The notes under the pieces are model-generated. The model had not been told where the DNA came from, did not search any database, and worked only from the letters and a program-made list of their open reading frames with translations. From positions 406,735 through 470,734 of the forward strand of contig LODT01000028.1 of NCBI GenBank assembly GCA_001606155.1: a stretch of 64,000 nucleotides of DNA, in the 5' to 3' direction. Shown here in pieces: positions 23,865-35,935 of the stretch; the stretch's first letter is position 1, and each line of letters begins with the position of its first letter. Made by a program: the position numbers and the translations under genes. This DNA comes from Tieghemostelium lacteum. Its lineage: Eukaryota.

Positions 23865-24866
23865 ATGAAAAAAAAAGCTGGATCTATAGGTACCACTTTT
23901 GAAGGATGCCTAAGTATGAGTAGTTTTGCTGTAAATGAAATGATATCATATATTGAAAGACAACCAAATGAACCCTCTGATTTACACAAAGAGCATCAAA
24001 TTAAAGATTACAAAATCTCAGTTGGAAAAGATTCAAATTGTAACGTAAAATATCTCACTGGTAAAATTACATGTCCTAGACAGAATGCATCTTCTGGAAA
24101 TAGATTTCCATGTGCAGAAGACATTAGTAAACTTGTTAAATATTACCATCATCCAAGTCTAGATATCACCAATAACAAAAAAGAAACTATTCAAATACTA
24201 AAAGAAAACCATTATATTTGGCCTACTATTAGACAAGATTGTGAAGAAAAAATTAGTCATTGTAAACAGTGTATAAATCCAGTTCAAGAACTACAATCGG
24301 TAACAATACCTATACCCAATGTTCCTCCCACTCAAAGTTCCTCACCTCCGCATGCTGCTAATAACTTTATAGTCACACCAACACCAACATCACCCACCAA
24401 ACCACTTTTTCCAATAAAACCATCAATACCCATTAAAAATGAAATTACACCAGACCCTTACAATAATAGATATCAACCATATATAACTACACGAAACAAC
24501 CAACACCAACTTATGCAATCAACATCTTATAGACACAATCCAAATGACTTAAACCCAATGCCACATCATAACTATCCTCTTTATTATCATCCTAGTAACC
24601 ATAACAATAATAGCAATGGTTTTAGTGGAACACCTCAGAGACAGGTAAGGTCTCAAACATCAACAGAAATGCCGTTAGCCTATGTTGATGATATCAAAAG
24701 AAAGGTAAAAGTGGAAGTGGAGGAAAAGATGAAAGAAATCTATACTGCCAAGACCAAAATTCACATGGACAAGATTATTTCTCTTGAAAATCAAAATTCT
24801 CAACTCAAAAAGAATCTAACTGTAAAATTAGAATTATCAGAATACAAAAAGATATCAATAACATGA
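23865..24866 (+). CDS. Hypothetical Pro/Asn-rich protein carrying an integrase-type H2C2-like zinc-finger motif
   Basis: ENHYIWPTIRQDCEEKISHCKQC resembles the Ty3/gypsy integrase zinc-binding domain Y.WP.M..DV..YV..C..CQ. The rest is low-complexity, and the C-terminus is K/E coiled-coil. Confidence 0.45.
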   Translation: MKKKAGSIGTTFEGCLSMSSFAVNEMISYIERQPNEPSDLHKEHQIKDYKISVGKDSNCNVKYLTGKITCPRQNASSGNRFPCAEDISKLVKYYHHPSLDITNNKKETIQILKENHYIWPTIRQDCEEKISHCKQCINPVQELQSVTIPIPNVPPTQSSSPPHAANNFIVTPTPTSPTKPLFPIKPSIPIKNEITPDPYNNRYQPYITTRNNQHQLMQSTSYRHNPNDLNPMPHHNYPLYYHPSNHNNNSNGFSGTPQRQVRSQTSTEMPLAYVDDIKRKVKVEVEEKMKEIYTAKTKIHMDKIISLENQNSQLKKNLTVKLELSEYKKISIT

Positions 24867-25094
24867 AAGATGCATTTAAAGAAATATCTAAAATAGCTCT
24901 AACAGGTACCACCAACTCCAAAAAGGGTGCAAAAGGTAAATCTAAAAAATCAAAACATTAGCTAATATGTTGTCAAAATAAATAACTATTATTATAATTA
25001 TTATAAGTATTTTTAGTTGATTTAATCTAATTGCAGAGATAATTTATACAGCTTATTTATAGTATCCCTATTGTTTATAGAATGTTAATATATA

Positions 25095-26324
25095 CTAATA
25101 TAAAGAAACCCAATATAGTAATACAAACATTAATAATTCTCTTTTTACAGTACTAAAATAATTATAAAATTTACTGACAATTCCAATAGCCAAAACTGAG
25201 AATCTACTGAAATGCAACCTTTTTAAATGTGCCGCAATTACATTTAAACTATTTATCATCGAAGACAGTAACACTTCATTAGGTAACCAATATCTATCAT
25301 AGATATGTAAAATTATCAATTGAATAAAATCTTTGTTAATAACTCTACTTTGATTACTATTATTATCTATTGTGTTGCTTTCATTTTTCTTTTTGGATTT
25401 TGTTGTTTGTTGTTGTGTTACTGTGGTTTTTACAGGAAAGTCTTTAAATATAACTTTGGATTGAAAAGTTTCGGTAAAATTCTTTATATTATCTTCATCA
25501 GTGAAGATTGAATTTATCTTGCTCTTCACCATTGACAAATATTTAAAATGTATAAATTTCTTGTGCACTATTGATGATTTGGACATAAATTTACTATAGA
25601 TTTTCATTTCATCTCTCAAATCAACAGGAGCTCTATGACTTGTAAAATCAGATAACACATTGTTTATCATTGTCAATGTCTCTTCTAATTTACTTTTTTG
25701 ATCACTACTGTAATTTCTATAAAATGTATCATAACTTGTAATATTATCTATTGATATATACCCATTCTTTTCAAAAAGTGACTTAATTGAATGTATATTA
25801 AAAGTGAGTAGATTCTCTCTCTTTTGCATATATATATCCTGTTCCATTGCTTTCTGTTCCTTTTGTTGTTTTTCAGCAGTCTCAACTTTCTTATCAATTT
25901 TCTTGTTTTTTGGTTTATTCAATTGTTTCTCAATTTTGGTTTGTACATCTTTAGCAGTAGGCTTTCCTTTCCCTTTTCCATTAGCAACCTTACCGAATAC
26001 TCTATCACCAGAATTCTGTTTTCCTTTTATATGTTCATGTTTTTTTGGTACTTTTTTATCAAATTGTTTTTCTTCTGTTTCTTTTTGTTTCTTTAGTTTT
26101 GCATGACTTATTTTTTGATCTTTATCCTGTACAATTGATTTTACCTTTTTTGGCGTTGTGTTATCGTCATTTTCTGTGTTGGTGGTGTTTATTGTGCTAT
26201 TTTTGATTTTATCGTCTTTATCTTCTTTTTCATTAACAGGTTTAAACTTTTTTACTGGTCTATCATCGTCTTTGTTTTCTTTATCTTTTCTTTTTACTTT
26301 TTGTTGTTCTTTTTTATGATTCAT
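25095..26324 (-). CDS. Lys-rich (nucleolar-type) hypothetical protein
   Basis: First ATG at 26324 (MNHKKEQQKVKRKDKE...). There is about 150 aa of KKE/KD-rich N-terminus and a structured C-terminal half. 3' end structure is not verified. Confidence 0.45.
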   Translation of the reverse strand: MNHKKEQQKVKRKDKENKDDDRPVKKFKPVNEKEDKDDKIKNSTINTTNTENDDNTTPKKVKSIVQDKDQKISHAKLKKQKETEEKQFDKKVPKKHEHIKGKQNSGDRVFGKVANGKGKGKPTAKDVQTKIEKQLNKPKNKKIDKKVETAEKQQKEQKAMEQDIYMQKRENLLTFNIHSIKSLFEKNGYISIDNITSYDTFYRNYSSDQKSKLEETLTMINNVLSDFTSHRAPVDLRDEMKIYSKFMSKSSIVHKKFIHFKYLSMVKSKINSIFTDEDNIKNFTETFQSKVIFKDFPVKTTVTQQQTTKSKKKNESNTIDNNSNQSRVINKDFIQLIILHIYDRYWLPNEVLLSSMINSLNVIAAHLKRLHFSRFSVLAIGIVSKFYNYFSTVKRELLMFVLLYWVSLY

Positions 26325-26562
26325 CGATCTGAAAATATTTTTCAATTTTAATAAATAAATTCAATTAATTTTTTTTTTTAATTTTTCATATTTATCATTC
26401 TGACTTCTACCACACATTTTGATATTTGTAAATATACATTTTTCAATTTATTATAACCAACAAGTGTGTGAATTCTTTTTTTTATTTTATAAATATATAC
26501 ATATAGATTTTTTGTACATTATTTTACTATTTCCTAAACTATAAACAACATTACATATAATC

Positions 26563-27952
26563 ATGAACACAATGAAACACATCCTTTTCAATCAGAGATC
26601 CCACAGCTCATCTCTAACAGTATCAATTAAAAGATACTATTGCACAAATAACAAAAATAATAACACAACCATCAGTAAACTCAATAATATACCATCATCT
26701 CCTTTGAATTCCATTCTAAAATACACCAAATCAAAACCTACCAAAAATATAATAATAAACGGTCACAATCAAATCTATAAAAGCAAAGAGCTAATAGAAA
26801 GGGGTTACTACAACAAAGCAGAGAAAAGTATATTATATGGATTTAGATATATGCAGAGGTAAGAAATAAATTATTTCCCAAAAAAAAATCCCATACAAAT
26901 CTCCCACCAAAAAATTAAAAGATTTTACTAACATTATTATATGATATTTTGTATTTAGTCGTGTTAACCCTTTATCATCAATATTTACTATTCCAAATCA
27001 TGCTGTAGGCCTGGTGTCTTACAAGATGGGTAAATTTTCAATAGGTGAACAATTTCTAAAATATTCTTTGGATAGAAAAGATGATGACACTGAGAAATCT
27101 ATATTTTTCACAAGACACCAAATAGGAGCTACCAATGACTTGGGTTTGACATTTTTGAGACAAGGTAGATCTCAAGAGGCTGAGGAGACATTGTTCAAGG
27201 CATTGGACATGGCTAACAAATATGAGTTATTCGATTTACTACCTACAATATATTCAAACTTGGGGGAATTTTATAAGGAAATGTGCTATTATGATAAAGC
27301 TGCTGAATATCACGGTTTAGCACATAGTCAAGCAAACTATAATAAGGATCTTATTAATGGTGCTGATATTGATATTTCCAGAATCTATTTGAATCGTGCA
27401 CAGATTCTCAGAATTTCAGGATCATTAGAAGAATGTAAGGTATTCTATGAACAGGGTGTAAAACACATGTTACAGTATTTTGACAAGATGGGGTACAGTA
27501 AGAATAGAGTACCCAAACACAATGACTGGGCAAAATCATTGATTGAGTTTGGTCATATCTATTATCAGGAGGGACAATACGAAAAGGCATTGTTGAAATT
27601 CCAAAATGCCAAAACTATCTTTGAGGAGATGGGTAATGCCAATACACTAGATGCATTGTTTAATCAGTTGAATATTGCATTGATTCTCAAACATTTCAAT
27701 CCCACACAATTAGACTCTAATGTGCAATTAGACAATATTCAACAGATTCTACAGAGAATTGAAAAACCTTATCAAGAGTTGAAACGTGAGAAATATATGT
27801 CACGTTTCAATCGTATCGATACTGTTATTCAATCTCTAAAAGAACAAAAATTCTTTAACTCTTTAGGAGAAAATATTGCTGCAAAAAAGAATTCAGAGAA
27901 AAACATTAAATTAATTGAACCACAACATTTTCAATTAACTTGTTTCAAATAA
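26563..27952 (+). CDS. TPR-repeat protein with mito-targeting-like N-terminus; exons 26563..26858 and 26959..27952
   Basis: Exon 1 ends CAG AG|GTAAGA (phase 2). The intron is 100 nt and ends TATTTAG. Exon 2 is in frame with the 312-aa ORF. TPR-like repeats (ALDMANKYELFDLLPTIYSNLGEFYKEMCYYDKAAEYH and others). Confidence 0.65.
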
Positions 27953-28067
27953 TAACAACCTGATATAGAACATATACAAACGCATTTGTAAATAGAATAG
28001 AAATAAATTAATAGTAATTATAGTTATTATTAGTTTAAAATTCATGTATTTTAATTAATTTATTGGT

Positions 28068-31000
28068 TTAAATTAATAGTTGTTTGAATTTTCCAGCTGT
28101 GATAATTAATTTAATTAGGTGGTCTTGAATGTTCAATTTACTAAGAGCAATTCTAGCTTCAGAGATTTTAAGTTTGGAAAGAAGTTCAGTAATCTGAGTT
28201 CTTGGTTGTTTTATATTGCTAAGGAAGACAAAGACTAGGAGAACTAATAGATGAGATAAGTTGGTACCTTGGGTTGCAGCAGGATTAAGACCGATCAATT
28301 GAGCTTCAGTAATACCAATGTTATTGTACAATGTAGCTTTATAGATGACTGGGAAAACACCATTTGCTAATATACTCTTAAGAGCAGTAGCTACAATTAA
28401 CTGTTGTTTTAGGTGTTCTGGATCTATTTGTTGTTGATCAGATGCTTTAAGAGCTGGTACCACTGGGGCCTTCATTGAACCTGATGCTCCAAATAATGCC
28501 TGTTTGAATGATAAACCCTCCGATGATGAGATAGAGGAAGATAAGGAAGATTTGGAGGAGGATGGAGTTGGAGCTTGTTGGACCTTGTTGAGAGACCATG
28601 ATCGCATTTTGGGTTCTTCCTCCTCCGGTTCCCATTTTTTTGACTTTGCAGCTTTGGAGTGTTTTTTATTCTTTTTTTTGGAGGTTTTGAGTTCTTCTTC
28701 ATCACTTATGTCATCACCCCAATTGTTTTTGAATATATCAAATGGTTGATCTTTTTCTACACTTTTTTTCTTTTGATCTTTTTCTATACTTTTTTGAACT
28801 GGTTCTTCAAAACTATCAAATAGAGAGAATCCCATGTCTTCATCGGAAGATTCTATCATTCTTTTTTCTGATTGTCTCATGGATAATGGCTGAGCTGGTT
28901 TGCTTGTTGATACAGTTGTTGGTGTTGGTGTTGGTGTAGTAATTGGTTCCAATGGATAATAACCAAATAAATCACCATCAGCGAATCCCATGTCAGATTC
29001 GTCTTCTTCTGGCATAGATTTTGCATAATGAGCACTTGTTGATTCTTTAGAATTGGTTCTTGAAACTGGCATACTGTAACCTCCACCATCGTCTCCAAAT
29101 AAGGAGAATCCCATATCATATTCTTCATCTTCTTCCTCTTCTAAATATTTTTCTTTCACCTCCTCTTGTTTAGCTAAAGGTTTTACAGAAGCAGCAGCAG
29201 AATAGACAGTACCTGATATTTTCGAATCAGATCTACCTCCGAAACCACCTTCACTATCCCAGTCTTCATCGTCGTCATCATCATCATTTTCTTCATTACT
29301 GTCATATTCTTTTCTGACAATAGATAGTCTTCTTGTTGACAATCTTGAAGAAAGAGTATCCATAAGAGCTGTTTTGAAAGACTTGTCATTTTCATTTTTA
29401 ACTTCTTTTGGAACAGATTTCAATGTCTGACCAGATTTAATAGACGATAATAGAGATTCAGTTGAAGACTCTTTTTTATCTTCAATAACTTTAGTTGGAA
29501 ATAAACTACCATGTTTCTTTCCACCACTTGGGACACCGCCAGTTGTAGGAGGTGTAATAGAGGATGATCTAGGTGATGGTGTGGTTGAAGAAGATGGTGG
29601 TGGAGGTGGTGGATATGATTGTCCTCCTCCGCCTCCCATGAAATACATAGCACCAGGAGCCATAGGTGGTGGTGTTGGTGATGAGTCCCAACCTATATGA
29701 GCTGCATTTTGGAATGAAGTTGGTGCACCAATTACTAAATCTTTATCATTTAATTTATCTTTCATAAATAGATCTCTCTTTCCCTTTTCTTGTTTAACTG
29801 GTGCCATTTGTTTTGGTGGAGGTGGACCTGAACTTACAGATGGTCTTGGAGGTGGAGTTGATGGTAATGGAGTGAGTGATTGTTGTGGTAGACCTCCAAA
29901 GGATGGCTTTGAATTACCAACTGAATAGAAAACTTGTTGAAAAGATGGTGTCTGTGGTGGACTTTGTACAGATTGTTGCTGTGGTAGACCTCCAAATAAT
30001 GACGTTGAAGGAACTGGGGCTCCAAATGCACTTGTTGATCCAAATTTTCCAGTAGCAGTAGAAGTTGAAGCTGATTGTACGACTGAGAAGCTTTGTTTCT
30101 GTAATTGGTGTTGTTGTATTTTTTGTGGTTGTGGTTGTTGCTGATATTGTACAATTGGAGTAGTTGGTGTATTATAAGGAAGTTGTTGCACAGTTATTGG
30201 TGATGGAGATGGAGGTGGAAGTGAGTTTGTAGATAATTTCTTTTTAAATGAAACCATTCCACCTTTGGATTTACTAAGCTTTTCTTTGTCAACAGATCTT
30301 TCTAAGACACTAAATGAAATATCACTTTTGATATCATTATTGTTATTATTATTGTTATTGTTATTGTTATTGTTATTGTTATTGTTATTGTTATTGTTTG
30401 AAAAATTATTTTTTAAATTGTTGAATGCTTCTCTTAAATTATTACTAAGTGATCTTTTTTTTTCTCCACTTTCTCTTGATCTGGAACCTCTACTTTCGCT
30501 CTCTTTGGGACTTTCATATATCTTTTTATCAATAACCTCAAGCTCACCAGATCCTAAAATGTCATCAACACTATTTTGAGGTGAATATCTAGAAGCACCA
30601 TTGCTCATAGTGGAACCTATTGTACCACCTCTACCTCTAGATCTACCATTGCTGCCACCTCTACCTCCATCTTTACCTCTTAGACTTACATTATCTCTAA
30701 TAGCATTTCTTGAATTTAATGCACCTGATAAATAAGAATCAAGCTCAAGGTCTAAAGAGTCAAAATGTTGATGTGCTTCTAATGATGGTTTTTCATCAGA
30801 TATGGGAATGTTTAATTCAATTGCACATAGTGATTCACTTTGTTCTTCAACTAGGTTTGCTAAATCTTGGAAAATGTCTTTAATTCCAGACATATCTGAT
30901 TGAAGTTGGAGGAGAGATTCATTTCTTTCATGGAGAATTTCATTATAATCCAACTCTTCTTTAGAAAGTTTGTAGGGTCCATATTCTTTTTCTACATTTC

Positions 31001-34000
31001 CAGTTGGATGAGGTCTATTAAGTTCCTTTACAGTTGGTGTGACCGTTTCAACTTTAAAAGTTACGGATGGTTTCATTGGAGATTTAATCCATTTATCTAG
31101 ATTGTTCTTTAACTGTTCTTGTTCATGTTCCTCATTTGAATCTCTGATAGAGGAACGTTCTTGTTCAGATTTCTTTCTTTCCAAACTCAACTCCAAGAGC
31201 TCTTGTTCATTTACAATAGTTGTAAGATCATCTCTAATCTCTTGCATAATCAATGTACTATCTGTATAAGAGTCCTCAGAAAGACTATCCAGTTCTGAGA
31301 TGGCATTGTCAAATGCCTCTTTAAGAATATGAGTTGATTTCTCAACTTGACCTGTTCTCTTATAGAATTGTCCTGCAAATTTACTAGCCCTTAATCTGTG
31401 TGGATGTGTTGATGGTAATGAAGAGAGTTTAGATAAGAGATTGTCAAGTTTTCCCGAGATCTTCTCATCCAATGATTTCTTGGCAATATCATTTTCTTCA
31501 AATTGACTTTGAGTGTCATAGAGTTGACACTCATCTTGAATTAAAGCAATTAGATTCTCATCAACTGCTTGGTTCTTTGGAACGGATTGTTCTATCAATC
31601 TCAATAGACTCTTAACCTGATAGATTAAATCAGTCTTTATCTTCAACTGACCTCTTTGAGCTTGTTTTAATTTTACAGGTGTCAATTTAGTTGGAGTTGA
31701 TACTTTAGTTGGTGTCTTTTTAGGTGTTGAAGTTGAGGGTTGTTGTTGTAAAAATACAGTTGGATCAAATTTAACTAATTCAATCTTGTCAAGAACCAAG
31801 TGTTTAATAGTTTCATTGATCATTTTAATCTCCTCTGTAGTATATTCTCCAAATTGTTCAGTAATTTGGTGGAAAATATTGATTGAATCTTGGTATTGTC
31901 CATTGGCATGCATGGATTTAGCCACATGAACTACTTGGTCTCTCTGGGAGAGTAAAGTGGAATCATTTGGATCTTGATCAGAGCCCTCAGCTTTTTCTTG
32001 CCATTGAATGTATGGTAATGTATCAATAACAGTTTGACTGACAATCTCTTGAATGGATGGTATATCTTTACGTTGAATTTCATTCTTTTCACGTTTTTCA
32101 ACAGCTACAAAACTGGTGAATTGTGTTACAATGGAATATTTAATACTGAGATTGATGATATCTTGTTTCTTTCCAAGTTTAATAAGGTCATTATCAAATT
32201 TTGAATTTGAATAGGTACCATCATTGTATTCTCTAATCATAGATCTTGCTGCTAATCTATGTATAAGACTACCACGAATGAAACCAATTTCAGGAGTGTG
32301 AACTGAATTTGTGATTAATCCACCACCTGGAGCTTGTGCAACGAGAGTAGCTCTAGTAGCAATTCCAGAGAATGCATATATCACTTGTCTTTCTTTCTTG
32401 AAGATTGAAGTAATGATATTAGGTGACTGAATAATCTTATCTGTAGAATCAAATTTAACTGAAATATTTGACATGGATGGTTGTAATGTTCTCTGAAGTT
32501 GATTGATAATCTTTTTTGGATTAGGTCTTTTGTTTGGTACAACAAACTCTGAATAACCACCACCTAGACGAGAGATGGATTTGATGAAATGTCTAGAAAC
32601 ATTTTCACCAATACCAAATGTAAATAATTTACAATAAGGTGATGCCTTTTTAACAAGTTCTTGCACTAAAGTTTCATTGGCAACGTTACCATCACTGTAT
32701 AGAATGATATTGTGTGGATTATTAGGTTTGGCATTCTCAGCTAACAAGAATAGTGATTGTAATGGTTGATGTAGTTGTGTGCCACCATAATGAGGTTTCA
32801 AACGATTGATATGATTCCAAGCCAATTGTAGATTGATTTCAGTTGGAGGTACATCTTCAACGAATAACCAATCAAATTGGTCACCAAACTGGACAATGTT
32901 AAAGAGTACTTTGAAACCACGAAGATTGGAAACAGTGAGTCTAAGAGCTCTTAACATATCCTCAAATGCATCACCAGCCATAGATGCTGAGAGATCAACA
33001 AGTAATGTCAAATGTGTTAGAGAATCCTTGTCATTGTCGATATCTAATTTTGGATAGAATGCCAACATGGATGCATGGTGACCTTGATCATCAACTTCCA
33101 CCCACATTCTAGGTGAATATGGTTCCTCAAGACCAATAAGTAACTGGAAGTTCTTACCAAGACTACTGTCTCCACTTGTGAGTTCAACAGTAGCTTTAGT
33201 GTTAGTCTTCTTTACACGAATTGGATGAGTTGGAGATGTTAATTTAACTATATTATAAGGCATTTCAACACCAACTTGTAGAGTCAAATCAAGGTTTTTG
33301 TCATCACCAATATGGGTAGTAGAAGTTGTGTTTTGAGTTACAGTACTACCACTTTTAGCACGTTGTTGAGGACTGATAGATGATGGTAAAATAAATGAAA
33401 TATCCAAACCATCCATTGACAGCTCTGTTATATAAGTTATCTTTATCAATACATCAGCTTGTGGTGGAAGATTACCAACTGAAACTGAGAAAACATCTGG
33501 TTTATCTTCATCCATTAAATAAGCACCATCACCTCTTTCAACAGCTTCCCTATACTCTCTATGTGCTTTCTCTTTCTCTTTACATTCACCAACTACATGT
33601 TTACCATTGATGAATGCTTCGAAACCACAAACTGCAGCCATTTCATCTAAAGGAAATACATATTTTGCCTCAATTTGAGAACTTGATGAATTCTTGTAAT
33701 GTTGATAGATAACAACCTCACCAATTAAATCCAGAACTTTAGCACGTACATGAACATCTTTTAATGGAATATCAACTTTTCCACCAGATGCAATAAGACC
33801 TACTTCCTTAGGTTCCTCTTCCATATCCTCAGGTTTAGAAGATGGTTGGATCTGGTCACTTACCTTGTCTTGTGGTAATGTTAGTTTTGGAGCACTTTGT
33901 GCACTAACTGCCATAGCTTGAGGTACTGCCAAAGGAGTTGATGTAGTTCTTGCATCAGGCATCTCAAATTCAACTAGATACAAGAGTTTTTGTTGTTTAG

Positions 34001-35935
34001 GATCATAGATTACAATTTCATCATCCTGGAAAGCACTTTGTACAGCAGATGTTGATGCAACACCTTGTACACTTTGGTAGCCTTTTGGAGGGCTGTCTAA
34101 TTGGTATTGATGTTGAGTGTATTTCTTTGTGTTACCCAAGGCAGCTTGGCATACAAACATGTATTTTCTTTGTGAGAAATCGGATCTCTTACAGTACTGG
34201 GTTGAAGTTGAACTCTTTAGACCAAAGTATATACCACTACCAAGGTAACCAATATCTCTTCTGCCTGTGGATAGAGATGTTGATACATTAGGTGTAAGCA
34301 AACCTCTTGACAAAATACCCAAGACATTACTAGGGTTACTACCATGATAGAGTGTCTTAATGTTAGGAATGGAGAACTGAAGATTCAACTCTTCGTTTCT
34401 CTGTGTTGAGTATATCTCCTTGATTACAATATCAGGATTCTGTTGTTTAATCTGGTCATAGAGTTTCTTGTGATCCTTGGAGTTATCAGAAAGACATTGA
34501 ATATTACAACGTAATGCACGATAACGTGTATCCACTATAGAGGTTGAAGAAACACCCAAAGACTCACCAACATTCAGTATATCCTTAATCAATTGAATGC
34601 AATCTTGAATATCCTGAAGTTCAGATACAATCTGAGGAAGATTTCCAGAGGCTGTCAACTGAGCAATCTTGCATTGCTTAAGTTGAGGTAAAGCCTGATA
34701 GACTTCATTGAATAGTTGTACAGTTGTTGGTGATGACAAAAGTGGTTTACCATTATCGGTTTTCATCAGAGTTGCCAATTGGAAGAGTGACAATTCAGCC
34801 TTCTCCACTTGAACCAATGTTATATCACCAAGGTCAGATTTGATTGCACCTTCAGGTGACAATGTCAATTTAGCCTTACACATCAGTTTAGTACCTAGAG
34901 TTGACATGGCTTCCTGATAAATACGTTCAATAAACTTTTGAATAGGTTCGGGAAGTGATGATTTCCCAGAAGAAGACTGTAAATTTGAACTTTGTTGCAG
35001 TCGATCTGAACCTACTCTAGCTGAAGAAACTTGAATTTTAGTGTATTGTCTATTGGAGGTGTACTCTAAAAATATTTGATTATAAAGTTTGAGAGCATCT
35101 TCAATGGTAGATGATGAAACCCATTCTTTAGTTTGATCAACACTACCAGTTGTACCATAGTGCATAAATACTCTATAGAAACTTGGTAATCCTGAATCTG
35201 AAGATCCACTATCACCTCCAAGTGATATAAGTGACAATGCTTTACCAGCTACGTGCAACTCCAAACACATAAACTCTTGTGTATCCAATCTATGAAGGAT
35301 ATTGTATTTAATAATGTGGTATTTATCTTCTGGAAATTGTGATCCAAGATCACTGGACTGCACAGCATTAGGTTGATATTTAACTTTCTTTAACTGTTCT
35401 AATGAAAAACCACTACTACTCTTGTTGTCACCATTTTCAAGAATATCAGAGAAATTCAATGACTTGTAATGAAACTCTTTAATATTATATTGAGATACTA
35501 ATGAATACTCACTAGTTGACAATAAAGTTCCAAATGAAATGGAATCATCAAGATATCTCTTTGAAAGTATTGGTATATTTAATTTTATAGCTTTTTTGAT
35601 ATTAAATGATAATGAATCCACATTTATATCTTTTTTATCTGAATCTGTTTCAGATACTTCTACTTGTTGTTGTTGTTGTTCATCTGCTTTAACTAAATCA
35701 TCAAAATCACCATTATAAATAAAGTAATTAACCTATTGTAAATTAAAGTATTAGTAAAGTAAATAAAATGGTCATTTTCAATGGTGTGTTGGTTCTTAAG
35801 TTAACTTACTTTATGATTTAAAACTGCAGAAACTGTTCCTTTATATTTTAAAACAAGATCTTGTAAAGCTTTTTTAGCTTTGTAACCTTGATTGGTACAA
35901 TCTAAAAAAAAGGTTTGATGTTCAAATATTGACAT
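28068..35935 (-). CDS. Vault poly(ADP-ribose) polymerase (vPARP/PARP4) orthologue with C-terminal WASP-like CRIB-polyPro-WH2-CA extension; exons 35810..35935 and 28068..35732
   Basis: Exon 1 (42 aa) is a BRCT domain (FFLDCTNQGYKAKKALQDLVLKYKGTVSAVLNHK). Intron 35733..35809 (GTAAGT...ACAATAG). PARP catalytic at about 33960..34370: LYHGSNPSNVLGILSRGL, GSGIYFGLKSSTSTQYC, DDEIVIYDPKQQKLLYLVEF. VIT at about 33395..33790 is near-identical to PARP4: EAKYVFPLDEMAAVCGFEAFINGKHVVGE...VGNLPPQADVLIKITYITEL. vWA at about 32540..33025 (LTLLVDLSASMAG). C-terminal half: poly-N; FG repeats; CRIB IGAPTSFQNAAHIGWD (29685..29732); polyPro; WH2 LLSSIKSGQTLKSV (about 29405..29458); central region ALMDTLSSRLSTRRLSI; acidic DDDDDDEDWD (about 29259..29310); three EEDxDMGFSLFD motifs. 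Confidence 0.85.
30334..30410. repeat. Imperfect (GTTATT)n hexamer microsatellite, coding a poly-Asn tract of about 25 residues in the vPARP gene (minus strand)
   Basis: Seen directly in the sequence; NNNNNNNNNNNNNNNNNNNNNN in the ORF translation. Confidence 0.85.

Noticed and set aside
24866-24960. Out-of-frame mini-ORF MKDAFKEISKIALTGTTNSKKGAKGKSKKSKH overlapping the stop of the 23865 gene
   Set aside because: Would require a frameshift or splice with no donor/acceptor support. Likely chance ORF in K-rich 3' UTR.
28447-34291. About 15 short ORFs (60-106 aa) on both strands inside the vPARP gene
   Set aside because: All nested in or antisense to a 7.7-kb conserved CDS. Compositionally biased translations (poly-H/Q/L). 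No start context.
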